DNA from: Parcubacteria group bacterium Athens0714_26 | GTDB lineage: Bacteria; Patescibacteriota; Minisyncoccia; UBA6257; 02-FULL-45-10c | Assembly (NCBI GenBank): GCA_007376745.1 | Contig: VMGU01000001.1 | Span: forward strand, 1 to 34,611 | Length of the DNA stretch: 34,611 nt | Direction: 5' to 3' | Part shown: one piece after another, positions 16,755 to 25,946 of the stretch | Position numbering within the stretch: the first letter of the stretch is position 1 | Layout of the letters: the number at the start of each line of letters is the position of its first letter | The notes under the pieces: model-generated | What the model saw: the letters and a program-made list of their open reading frames with translations, nothing else | What the model was told of the DNA's origin: nothing | The model's database searches: none | Program-made: the position numbers and the translations under genes

Positions 16755-17612
16755 ATGAATAATTTAATTAAGAATGACTACATTCCATTTGATAAATCAT
16801 GGATTATAAGGATGGCGGTATTGGATTTATTAAATGGATACGATGACAGTGTGAAATTTTTAGAAAAACATCAAAAGGAATTAAGCGATGACTTAAAATC
16901 CCTGCACCGCGCATCAATTCAATGGAATTCAAACTCACCCATTGATGTCGGGGAATCCGGCACTTTATACAGATTTCTCAAGTTCGCATCATGGAAATTA
17001 AAACAGCGTAAAAAATTCATCATTAAAGGAACACTAAAGAGAAGAAAAATCTGCGATAATCCAGAAATTGTTAATTGGCCACTAAAAAAATTATTAACAC
17101 TTGATAATAAAACTTCGCAGTGGGCTAGCGCTTCTATTCTGACGGGAAATCAGAAAAGAATTACAAATCCGCCCTATAAATTACAAGTGACCTACGACGC
17201 GGTCGAACATTGGAATAATACAAGGGGTAAACGTAAGAGCTGGAAAATAAAATATGACGAAACCATATTAGAGCAAGCCTCGGCTTATTTACGATGGTTA
17301 AAGAATAAAAAAATGGAATTTTATCCAAAGCAATCGGAAGATTATTGTTTTGCGCGCGCGTTTGGAATCATAACAGCAAAAGAAGGCGAAAAAAGATGGC
17401 CGGGATTAAGAAATCATGAAAGTGATAGAATAGTTGAAATGGAACAAGCACTGCGTCAAAAAGAAATAGTCTCTAAAGATCATAGGGTTATACAATCTAT
17501 CGCGATGCTTAAAAAAGACAAGGTTAAAATAAAATACCCCGATTCTGTAAATAAAAGCTGGCCGCAGTTTTGGAGATTTTTGAAAGATTCTCCGTATTCA
17601 ATAACTCAATAA
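16755..17612 (+). CDS. short, divergent EPSP-synthase/MurA-fold (enolpyruvyl-transferase-like) protein, 285 aa
   Basis: Weak but ordered matches to AroA landmarks: DKSWIIR (like KS.SNR), VGESGTLYRFL (like GN(A/S)GT..R.L) and NHESDRIVEME (like KE(S/T)DR). It is about 140 aa shorter than AroA. Confidence 0.35.
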   Translation: MNNLIKNDYIPFDKSWIIRMAVLDLLNGYDDSVKFLEKHQKELSDDLKSLHRASIQWNSNSPIDVGESGTLYRFLKFASWKLKQRKKFIIKGTLKRRKICDNPEIVNWPLKKLLTLDNKTSQWASASILTGNQKRITNPPYKLQVTYDAVEHWNNTRGKRKSWKIKYDETILEQASAYLRWLKNKKMEFYPKQSEDYCFARAFGIITAKEGEKRWPGLRNHESDRIVEMEQALRQKEIVSKDHRVIQSIAMLKKDKVKIKYPDSVNKSWPQFWRFLKDSPYSITQ

Positions 17613-17628
17613 AAAATTTAATATCAAT

Positions 17629-18741
17629 ATGAAACCATCTGTTATTTTAGCTATTGAAACCAGTTGCGACGACACCTCTATCGCTTTAGTGAAATGCCAA
17701 GGCGGCATAAAAAATCCGCGTTTTGAAGTTTTAAAAAGCGTTGTTTCTTCACAAATTGCCGTACACAGACCGTTCGGCGGCGTAGTGCCAAACCTTGCCA
17801 AACGCGAACATATTAAAAATCTACCGATTATCTGGAAGCAATTCGCTAAAAGCCATCCGCCGTCAACCATCAACCAGATAGCCGTTACTGTCGGACCAGG
17901 CCTTGAACCCGCTCTTTGGACAGGAATAACTTTCGCCCAGGAACTTTCAGAAAAAATTAAAAAGCCGCTTATGGGCGTTAACCATCTGGAGGGTCATCTA
18001 TATTCCGATTTATTATCAACATCAAAAATCACAGAAATTAAGTTCCCTGCCACCGCCTTGATTGTCAGCGGCGGGCACACAATTCTTTTAAATATGAAAA
18101 ATTTAAATCATTGGACCAAACTCGGTGAAACTCTGGATGACGCGGCAGGCGAAGCCTTTGATAAAGTGGCAAAAATGCTCGGCCTTCCCTATCCCGGCGG
18201 CCCGGAAATTGATAAACTGGCGGTTAAAGGCAACCCTAACGCAATTAAATTCCCCCGCCCTCTTTTAAATCCGCAGCCAAACAAGAATAAACAAAATAAA
18301 TACAATTTCAGCTTTTCTGGCCTTAAAACTTCCGTGTTGTATTACTTACGAAAATACGAAAATAACGAAAATACGAAACAAGAAAAAAATATTCAACAAT
18401 CTGCTTTTCGTACTTTCGTACCAGTTCTTAATTTCGTAAATAAGGCCGATGTGGCCGCTTCTTTCCAACAAGCAGCAACTGATGTATTAGTTCAAAAAAC
18501 CGTCCGCGCCGCCAAGGAATTTGAATCAAAAACAATAATGCTTTCCGGCGGAGTTTCCGCCAACAAACTGCTCCGCAACACCCTAAAGCAAAAATCCGAG
18601 GAATTAAAAATAAATTTTCTGGCTCCGGAATTTGAATTTATTACCGATAATGCCGCCATGATAGCCGCCGCGGCGTATATTAATCTGCTTTCTAAAAAGA
18701 AAAAATTAAAGATAGAAGCTCGATCGGATTTAACCGTATAA
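17629..18741 (+). CDS. tsaD: tRNA N6-adenosine threonylcarbamoyltransferase TsaD
   Basis: GVNHLEGHL, SGGHT and GGVSAN motifs are present. It carries an extra segment at 18346-18440. Confidence 0.9.
   Translation: MKPSVILAIETSCDDTSIALVKCQGGIKNPRFEVLKSVVSSQIAVHRPFGGVVPNLAKREHIKNLPIIWKQFAKSHPPSTINQIAVTVGPGLEPALWTGITFAQELSEKIKKPLMGVNHLEGHLYSDLLSTSKITEIKFPATALIVSGGHTILLNMKNLNHWTKLGETLDDAAGEAFDKVAKMLGLPYPGGPEIDKLAVKGNPNAIKFPRPLLNPQPNKNKQNKYNFSFSGLKTSVLYYLRKYENNENTKQEKNIQQSAFRTFVPVLNFVNKADVAASFQQAATDVLVQKTVRAAKEFESKTIMLSGGVSANKLLRNTLKQKSEELKINFLAPEFEFITDNAAMIAAAAYINLLSKKKKLKIEARSDLTV
18346..18440 (+). mobile_element. gene-less miniature inverted-repeat insert (same TACGAA iterons as cassette 13726-14190) inside the tsaD reading frame
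   Basis: 18346-18362 is identical (17/17) to 13726-13742. 18405-18420 ttttcgtactttcgta is its inverted partner with 1 mismatch. Translated in-frame it reads LRKYENNENTKQ...AFRTFVP..NFVNK. Confidence 0.55.
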
Positions 18742-18770
18742 TAAATTGTCTTTGGTTTTTTATATAATGC

Positions 18771-18796
18771 CGTCACTATCACGCGTGATAGTGACG
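18771..18796. repeat. perfect 26-nt palindrome cgtcactatcacgcgtgatagtgacg downstream of tsaD
   Basis: Self-complementary as read. No adjacent T-run, so it is a hairpin or binding site rather than a canonical terminator. Confidence 0.6.
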
Positions 18797-18809
18797 AAAC
18801 ATCTTAAGT

Positions 18810-18846
18810 AAAAAAATCAGGCTATTAAACAATAGCCTGATATGTT
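18810..18846 (-). terminator. intrinsic terminator of gene 18849-19232
   Basis: tcaggctatt-aaac-aatagcctga hairpin. On the - strand it is followed by a T7 run. Confidence 0.65.
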
Positions 18847-18848
18847 AT

Positions 18849-19232
18849 TTAAATACCCACATATTCTTCCGCGTTGCCCAACACCGCTATTTGCCGGGCG
18901 GTTTCTAACCAGCCTTTCTTTTCTGTCCTCGCAACCAAACCAATTATATATGACCTGAATTTAAATGTTCCTCCTTTTCGATAATACATTACAGCGCTAT
19001 GATACCAGCCTTTTTTCACGAAATAATCTCCGAATTTTTTAGCTACCCAGATATCATTCTTGCCTTCTTTTTTATACCTCTTTTCCGCGAATCCCCAGAA
19101 ACCCATTTCGAAAAGTCGGTCACCAGACATCTTTTCCACCAACTCAGCGGTTGGTAACGATGACGATTTTTGGAATCTCCTTAATTTTTTCCTTGACACA
19201 CCCGTCCTTCTATCGGTCTTTCTTTTAACCAT
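18849..19232 (-). CDS. hypothetical basic protein (127 aa)
   Basis: ORF only, with a Lys/Arg-rich N-terminus. Confidence 0.45.
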   Translation of the reverse strand: MVKRKTDRRTGVSRKKLRRFQKSSSLPTAELVEKMSGDRLFEMGFWGFAEKRYKKEGKNDIWVAKKFGDYFVKKGWYHSAVMYYRKGGTFKFRSYIIGLVARTEKKGWLETARQIAVLGNAEEYVGI

Positions 19233-19393
19233 CGCATCCCCCTTTAATAAGATATCGCTACACCGTGGTGTAACGGCATGCTTTTAGTTGTGTAGAACTT
19301 TTTGTATTCTACTACTATTGTTAAAAATATCAATAGTCTAAGTGACTGGCAAATAATTGTTAAATCGCTAAAAATCTAATAAAATCAAAGAAT

Positions 19394-21499
19394 ATGAAAG
19401 AACTCTCTCCAGCCTATAATCCTAAAGAAGTTGAGGATAAAATTTACCAAGCATGGGAAAAATCCGGCTACTTTGCGCCAGAGGCGCATCGGCCACAGGC
19501 CGACAACCCGAATAATAAAAAAACTTTTACCATAGCCGTGCCGCCGCCCAATGTTACGGGTTCATTGCATATGGGCCACGCCTTAAATGCCACCATACAG
19601 GATATCTTAATCCGCAAAAAAAGGATGGAGGGTTATAAAACCTTATGGATACCCGGCACCGACCATGCCGGTATAGCCACCCAAAAAGTGGTTGAAAAAG
19701 AACTTAAAAAACAGGGGTTAACCAAACAAGATTTAGGCAGAGATAAATTTTTAGAAAAAATATGGGAATGGAAAGAAAAATACGGGAATATTATCTTAAA
19801 CCAATTCAAAAAAATCGGCTGCTCAATGGATTGGTCGCGCGCGCGCTTTACTATGGACGAAGAATACCAGAAAGCTGTTAATGAAGCATTTAACCACTAC
19901 CATAAAAAGGGTTGGCTCTACAAAGCGGAAAAAGTCATAAACTGGTGCGTTAAATGCCAAACCAGCTTATCGGATTTGGAACTGGAATATAAAGAAGAAA
20001 ACGGAAAGCTTTGGCATATTAAATATCTAATAGCCGGAGAAAAAGAATTTATAACAGTCGCGACAACCAGACCGGAAACAATGCTCGGCGACTCCGCCGT
20101 AGCGGTAAATCCGAATGACGAACGCTATAAAAATCTAATCGGTAAAAAATTAATCCTACCAATACAAAATCGCGAGATACCGGTTGTTGCCGATGAAGAA
20201 ATTGATATGGAGTTCGGTACCGGAGCCGTAAAAGTTACGCCAGCCCATGATTTAGTTGACGCGCGCATTGGTGAAAAGCACAACTTGCCAATTTACAAAA
20301 TTATTAACCAGATAGGAAGAATGACCGAAGAGACCGGCGCCATATGCGACGGATTAAAAATCTTCGAATGCCGCACAAAAGTGGTTGAAGAATTAAAAAA
20401 ACAGGATTTAATCGAAAAAGAAGAAGACTATAAGCACAACGTGGCAATTTGCTACCGCTGCGAAGGCGTTATAGAGCCCCTGCCCAGCCTGCAATGGTTT
20501 TTAAAAATGGATGAGTTGGCGAAGCTTGCTGTCAAAGCGGTAAAAACAGGAGAGGTAAAATTTTATCCCGAGCATTGGGAAAAAACTTATATGGCGTGGC
20601 TTGAAAATATCCGCGACTGGAACATTTCCCGCCAAATTTGGTGGGGGCATAAAATCCCCATTGAGGGAGAAACTGATGTTTTGGATACGTGGTTTTCATC
20701 GGCTTTGTGGCCGTTTGCCATACTTGGCTGGCCCGCCTCCGTTAAAACTACGGCGGGTAAACCAAACAAAACCGATGATTTAAAAAACTTCTACCCCACG
20801 CAAGTTCTTTCGACAGCAAGAGATATTATTAATTTATGGGTGGCACGGATGATTTTTTCAGGACTGGAGTTTATGAAAGAAAAACCCTTTAGCGATGTTA
20901 TAATTCATGGCACGATTTTAGCCAAAGACGGACGCAGAATGTCCAAATCGCTTGGCACGGGCATTGACCCGCTGGACATTATTGAAAAATACGGCGCCGA
21001 CGCCACGCGCTTCGGCCTTATCTGGCAATCAATGGGCTCACAGGACATCCGCTGGGACGAAACAGCCGTGGTAGCCGGCAAGAAATTCGCCAATAAAGTC
21101 TGGAATATCGCCCGATTCGTCTTAAAGCAAACTGCCGGGATAAAATCAGAAAATCCTGACGCAGAAAATTTAGCCGGTGAAAAAAATCTCGCGTCCGAAG
21201 ACAAAAATATTATTGACCTTCTGATAAAAACCAAAAAAGAAATAGAAGAAAATCTGAACGCGTACCAATTCGGCCAAGCTCTTCATATCCTATATGATTT
21301 TATATGGCACGACTTCGCCGATAAATACATTGAGCTAAGCAAAAACCGGACCGACGAACAAGCTAAAAAAATACTGTCCGCCATCCTGTTGGATATTTTA
21401 AAAATACTTCATCCTTTTATGCCGCATATTACCGAAGAAATCTATCAAAATTTACCAGGTAAAAATAAAGAATTTATAATGATAGAAAATTGGAAATAA
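19394..21499 (+). CDS. valS: valyl-tRNA synthetase (short form without the C-terminal coiled coil)
   Basis: HIGH-type motif PPPNVTGSLHMGHAL, editing-domain TTRPETMLGD and KMSKS-type RMSKSLG are present. It ends right after the HPFMPHITEE helix. Confidence 0.9.
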   Translation: MKELSPAYNPKEVEDKIYQAWEKSGYFAPEAHRPQADNPNNKKTFTIAVPPPNVTGSLHMGHALNATIQDILIRKKRMEGYKTLWIPGTDHAGIATQKVVEKELKKQGLTKQDLGRDKFLEKIWEWKEKYGNIILNQFKKIGCSMDWSRARFTMDEEYQKAVNEAFNHYHKKGWLYKAEKVINWCVKCQTSLSDLELEYKEENGKLWHIKYLIAGEKEFITVATTRPETMLGDSAVAVNPNDERYKNLIGKKLILPIQNREIPVVADEEIDMEFGTGAVKVTPAHDLVDARIGEKHNLPIYKIINQIGRMTEETGAICDGLKIFECRTKVVEELKKQDLIEKEEDYKHNVAICYRCEGVIEPLPSLQWFLKMDELAKLAVKAVKTGEVKFYPEHWEKTYMAWLENIRDWNISRQIWWGHKIPIEGETDVLDTWFSSALWPFAILGWPASVKTTAGKPNKTDDLKNFYPTQVLSTARDIINLWVARMIFSGLEFMKEKPFSDVIIHGTILAKDGRRMSKSLGTGIDPLDIIEKYGADATRFGLIWQSMGSQDIRWDETAVVAGKKFANKVWNIARFVLKQTAGIKSENPDAENLAGEKNLASEDKNIIDLLIKTKKEIEENLNAYQFGQALHILYDFIWHDFADKYIELSKNRTDEQAKKILSAILLDILKILHPFMPHITEEIYQNLPGKNKEFIMIENWK

Positions 21500-21522
21500 T
21501 TTAAATAATAACCAATTTCCAA

Positions 21523-22215
21523 ATGAACTACCTTCTTATAATTATTGGTTTATTGCCTTCTTTTGCGTGGCTTACTTTCTATCTTGAAGAAGACCCTCAT
21601 CCGGAGCCAAAAAAACTCATATTTTACACATTTCTTGCCGGGGCGGCCAGCACTTTTATAGTGCTTGGCCTACAACTGCTTTTTAGTAATTGGTTGGCCG
21701 CGAAAAACCTTAACCAATTTGCCTTTTTGCCAATGCTCGTATTGGCCGGCATCGAAGAGCTTTTTAAATTTCTGGCAGCATACCTTGTAGTAAGTAATAA
21801 CCGTAAGGAATTTAATGAGCCTATTGATGCTATGATTTATATGGTTGTGGCGGCTTTGGGATTTGCCGCCGTAGAAAACATAGCTGTGGTTTTTAAAAGC
21901 GGCGTACCCAGCATCGAAACCGCTTCACTGCGGTTTATAGGCGCCACGCTTCTGCACAGCATAAGCTCGGGACTACTGGGTTACTACTGGGCGCGTTCCC
22001 TGTCCCACTACGAAATAGGGCAAAAAATAAGATTGGCGCTGGTAGGATTTTTAGCCGCTACTTTGTTGCATACTATTTTTAACTTTCTTATAATAATATC
22101 AGAGCACTTGGTGGCACCGACTATCTTTTTAATAATATTCGCGCTATTTATTCTGTATGATTTTGAAAAATTAAAGAGATGTAAACAAACTGATAATAAA
22201 ATAAATATTAATTAA
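21523..22215 (+). CDS. PrsW-family intramembrane protease-like protein
   Basis: Polytopic membrane protein with GIEELFKF (EExxK) and HTIFNF (HxxxN/D) motifs. Confidence 0.65.
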   Translation: MNYLLIIIGLLPSFAWLTFYLEEDPHPEPKKLIFYTFLAGAASTFIVLGLQLLFSNWLAAKNLNQFAFLPMLVLAGIEELFKFLAAYLVVSNNRKEFNEPIDAMIYMVVAALGFAAVENIAVVFKSGVPSIETASLRFIGATLLHSISSGLLGYYWARSLSHYEIGQKIRLALVGFLAATLLHTIFNFLIIISEHLVAPTIFLIIFALFILYDFEKLKRCKQTDNKININ

Positions 22216-22231
22216 AAAAATAAATAAAAAT

Positions 22232-22729
22232 ATGCAAGACGAATCTAAAAAATTTTTTGAAAAATTAGCCGGTTCGGCGGAGGATGAAGTCATTAAAGAA
22301 ATTATAGAAACCTCGGACGAAGAGAATGATAAAGACGAAATAGTTTCCATTGAAAAAGAAAATTCTGCGGTAGCCAGCCAGGATATTTTTGAAGAAGGAG
22401 AAGGCAGCCTGACTATTGATGTTTACCAGGCCAAAGACGAAATTGTCGTAGAATCTACAATCGCCGGAGTTAAATCAGAGGACCTGGACGTATCCATTAA
22501 TAATGACTCGGTCACTATACGCGGTAAACGCGAAAAAGAAGCCAAAATTAAAGACGAAGATTACTTTTATCAGGAATGCTATTGGGGCAAGTTTTCGCGG
22601 ACTATCATTTTGCCGCAAGAAATAGATTCGGAAAATTCAGCCGCCAGCCTAAAGAACGGGATTTTAACCATTCATATGCCCAAACTCAACCGCCAGAAAT
22701 CCAAAAAGCTGAAGGTTAAGTTTGATTAA
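22232..22729 (+). CDS. small heat-shock protein (Hsp20/alpha-crystallin)
   Basis: Alpha-crystallin core: LTIDVYQAKDEIVVESTIAGVKSEDLDVSI...GKFSRTIILP...ASLKNGILTIHMPK. Confidence 0.85.
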   Translation: MQDESKKFFEKLAGSAEDEVIKEIIETSDEENDKDEIVSIEKENSAVASQDIFEEGEGSLTIDVYQAKDEIVVESTIAGVKSEDLDVSINNDSVTIRGKREKEAKIKDEDYFYQECYWGKFSRTIILPQEIDSENSAASLKNGILTIHMPKLNRQKSKKLKVKFD

Positions 22730-22750
22730 ATATCGTTCCCGCACCAGATT

Positions 22751-22780
22751 AAAAACCCCGCCAAAATTGGCGGGGTTTTT
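22751..22780. terminator. bidirectional intrinsic terminator
   Basis: aaaaaccccgcc-aaaatt-ggcggggttttt between convergent genes. Confidence 0.75.
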
Positions 22781-22791
22781 AATTTAAGCTT

Positions 22792-23877
22792 TTAAATTTT
22801 TCCTTTTTTAGACCCTATATAGCTCTTAATTCTTTTAAGACCTTCTTTGATGTCTTCTGTATCTATCGCGTAACTTAGCCGGATTCTTCCGGGGACTCCG
22901 AACCACACGCCGTCATAAACAATAACTTTATATTTATAAAATAAATCATTCACCGCCTGCGTGGAGTTTTTTATTTTAGGAAAAACATAAAACGCTCCTT
23001 CTGGCTTCCACAAATCAAAGCCTAAATCTTTTAACCCGTTATAAATCATATCCCTTCTTTGTCTCCAGATTTTTATCTGGCTTTCCACCTGATTCCTCGG
23101 CACCTTAGTGGCTTCATAAGCCATCTCCTGGCTTAAAATACTCGTATTCATTGAAGTACGCGCCTTGATTTCAACAATGCGATTAACCAAATCCTTGTCC
23201 CTGGCATAAAGATAGCCCACCCGGAATCCGCACATCGCGTAAGTCTTAGAAAAAGAGTTAATAGTCACCACGTACGGCCCATGAAGCAAATAATTTTCTC
23301 TTTCATAAATCAGGTCTTTATACACCTCATCGGATAAAATATAAATTCCTAATTTTTGCGCGATCTTTTCAATTTCTTTTAATGTTTCAATGGACTCTAT
23401 TTTTCCGGTTGGATTTGACGGCGAATTAATCAAAATCGCTTTGCACCCCTTAACTTTCTTTTTGAAATCGTCCAAATCAATTTTTCCCTCTTTTAAATCG
23501 GAAATAACCGGCTCCATACCGGCAAGCTTCACTAAAAATGGATAAGAATAATAATACGGCCTAAATAATAATAACTTGCCGCCTCCGAATTTTTGAGAAA
23601 GCGCGCGAATCGTCAAGTCCAGCGCCTCGGAAGCGCCATTAGTAATAACAAAATTCTCTGGGCGAGCTCCTGAATACTGCTTAGCCAAGGCTTTACGGAG
23701 ATTTATCTGCCCCTGGGTTAAGCCGTACTTAAAAGAATGGTACTCAGGAAGTATTTTATAAATCTGCGGAGGTGGCGGCAAATCCGGCTGTCCGCTGCCA
23801 AAAGAGATTATGCCATTACCGCGAACGCCGACAAAAAAAGTCGGGCTATTAATAAATTCTTTTTTATTACTACTCAT
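22792..23877 (-). CDS. PLP-dependent aminotransferase, class I/II
   Basis: SFSKTYAMCGFRVGY (PLP-lysine motif), NPTGK and GAS.AL segments. Confidence 0.8.
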   Translation of the reverse strand: MSSNKKEFINSPTFFVGVRGNGIISFGSGQPDLPPPPQIYKILPEYHSFKYGLTQGQINLRKALAKQYSGARPENFVITNGASEALDLTIRALSQKFGGGKLLLFRPYYYSYPFLVKLAGMEPVISDLKEGKIDLDDFKKKVKGCKAILINSPSNPTGKIESIETLKEIEKIAQKLGIYILSDEVYKDLIYERENYLLHGPYVVTINSFSKTYAMCGFRVGYLYARDKDLVNRIVEIKARTSMNTSILSQEMAYEATKVPRNQVESQIKIWRQRRDMIYNGLKDLGFDLWKPEGAFYVFPKIKNSTQAVNDLFYKYKVIVYDGVWFGVPGRIRLSYAIDTEDIKEGLKRIKSYIGSKKGKI

Positions 23878-23906
23878 AGAATAGAAATTATATTCTAATC
23901 TTGAAA

Positions 23907-25727
23907 TTATTGATACCCTTCAGCCTGTACTTTAAATGCCTTGGCATATCTGCCTTTTTTCTTCATAAGCTCTCCGTGGGTACCCTTTTCTACAATTTGT
24001 CCTTTATCTAAAACATAAATCCTGTCGGCATTTCGCACGGTGGAAAATCTATGAGAAATGATAATAACTGTTTTACCTTTAAATAAATCATAAATCTGGC
24101 TGAAAATCCTGCTTTCAGAAACCGCGTCTATTGAAGCCGTAGGTTCATCAAACACAACCACGGGAGAATCGCGGTAAAAAAATCTGGCAATGGCGATTTT
24201 CTGCCACTGGCCAGTACTGGGACGTTTGCCGCCTTTAAATTTTTCGCTCAAAACCTGCTCGTAGCCATGCTTATAATCCCCCACAAACGAATCAACGTCA
24301 GCCTTCTTTGCCGCTAATTTAATTTTTTCCATATCTAACACCTCGCCCGATTCACCCAAATAAATATTCTCTTTCAATGTCAAATACGAATAAGTATTAT
24401 AATCCTGAAAAAGAACGCCTAAATTCTTATACCAGCTGTCAATTTTTATGTCATTAATATTTTTATCATTTAAAAATATATTTCCCTTATCAACTTTATA
24501 AAACCTGCTTAATAATTTAACCAAAGTCGTTTTACCGGCGCCATTTTCACCGACAATGGCGATTTTTTCTCCCGGCTTTATATCTAAACTTAAATTTTTA
24601 ATTACATAATCATCCGTATTCAGGTATTTAAAGCTAACTCTGCTGAATTTTATCTCCGGCGCAGTTTCACATTTTTCTAATTCAATATGCCCGTCTTCTA
24701 TCATAGGCTTCATACTAAAAACCTCTTTGGCCTCTTTAAGTCTTATACTTCTTTCAAAAAGAGAAACAAAGTTAGTAGTTGCCCGCGATAAATTATCGGT
24801 AAAAATATCAAGCGATCTCATTTGAAACGTCGCATCGCCAACACTAATTAATTTATTAAATAAATTCTTTAAAATATTAAAATATCCAAAAATACTTGTT
24901 ATTTCTGTTAATGACCCGAGCATAAATCCGGAAAAATTCCATTTTTTAATAATAACCATATTTTCTTTTATGTATTTATCAATAAAAGTTTTGTATTTGT
25001 CATGTAAATACCTAAAAACCGAGGCGATTGTTATTTCTTGCAAATTAGACGACTCCGAAAGAGACGTATTAATCATGTTGGCGACTCTCCTCTCCTCGGT
25101 CGTTGCACGAATATATTGCCAGGATTTACGCATATAAATTCTATTTGATATTAATTTCGGCAACATAGAAGCAAAAATCAAAATTAAAATAATCGGCATT
25201 GTTTTCAAAATAACAAAAGAAGACAAAAGGAGTGCGGTCAACCGAGTTATAAAAAACGCTACTCCATCAAAATCCCTAAAAACCATTCTTATGGTTTCTT
25301 TTGTTCTTTGAATTTTATTAGCTACCTCAGGATTTTCTAATGTTTGTATACCAAGAGAATGAATGTGGTCAGTTAAAAACTGGATTGACTTAAAATCTGC
25401 CAAATACGACATTTTATTAGCTAGATAATTATATACAGAGCCCAATGCTAAAAATGTTAATTTATACACCAAATATAAAATTAACAAAGGGATTATTTCC
25501 GTTGGTTTCGCCACAGAATTAGTAGCGGTTTTTATAATTCCATCCAAAAGTTTTGCAAAAATATAAGCGCCTATCAACGAATCCAAACCAGTAAAAATAC
25601 TAATCAATGTATACAAAACAGTGCCTGAAGGGGACATCTTGAAATTAAAGCCGATAAGCCACCAAACAACATTCAAAAACTGCCGAAAAGACAGTTTTTC
25701 TTTTTTATCATTAATATTTTGTTCCAT
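23907..25727 (-). CDS. ABC exporter, fused permease-ATPase (MsbA-like)
   Basis: N-terminal multi-TM domain, Walker A GENGAGKTT, signature-like STGQWQK and Walker B VVVFDEPT. Confidence 0.85.
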   Translation of the reverse strand: MEQNINDKKEKLSFRQFLNVVWWLIGFNFKMSPSGTVLYTLISIFTGLDSLIGAYIFAKLLDGIIKTATNSVAKPTEIIPLLILYLVYKLTFLALGSVYNYLANKMSYLADFKSIQFLTDHIHSLGIQTLENPEVANKIQRTKETIRMVFRDFDGVAFFITRLTALLLSSFVILKTMPIILILIFASMLPKLISNRIYMRKSWQYIRATTEERRVANMINTSLSESSNLQEITIASVFRYLHDKYKTFIDKYIKENMVIIKKWNFSGFMLGSLTEITSIFGYFNILKNLFNKLISVGDATFQMRSLDIFTDNLSRATTNFVSLFERSIRLKEAKEVFSMKPMIEDGHIELEKCETAPEIKFSRVSFKYLNTDDYVIKNLSLDIKPGEKIAIVGENGAGKTTLVKLLSRFYKVDKGNIFLNDKNINDIKIDSWYKNLGVLFQDYNTYSYLTLKENIYLGESGEVLDMEKIKLAAKKADVDSFVGDYKHGYEQVLSEKFKGGKRPSTGQWQKIAIARFFYRDSPVVVFDEPTASIDAVSESRIFSQIYDLFKGKTVIIISHRFSTVRNADRIYVLDKGQIVEKGTHGELMKKKGRYAKAFKVQAEGYQ

Positions 25728-25823
25728 TAAATAAAAACTGAGATTTTAATATTGGCTAAATCAATCCCGTTGCACGGGATTGATCGCCCGATAATTAAAG
25801 TTTACCACTTTAATTATTTAGGG

Positions 25824-25905
25824 TGCTCGGGGCGGGAGTCGAACCCGCAAGCCTTACGGCGCAGCATCTTAAGTGCTGTGAGTTTGCCAATTTCTCCACC
25901 CGAGC
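25824..25905 (-). tRNA. tRNA-Leu (anticodon UAA)
   Basis: Acceptor gctcggg/cccgagc, anticodon loop ctTAAga, long variable arm, T arm gcggg-ttcgact-cccgc. Confidence 0.85.
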
Positions 25906-25946
25906 ATAATAATTATATTAAGAACTTGTCCTGCGATAAGATTCTG

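Noticed and set aside
19394-21499. Short ValRS (no C-terminal coiled coil) and short IF2 (26567-28018) as anomalies.
   Set aside because: Catalytic and binding motifs are intact. Shortened versions of these proteins are the kind of streamlining expected in reduced genomes, so they are not treated as discoveries.
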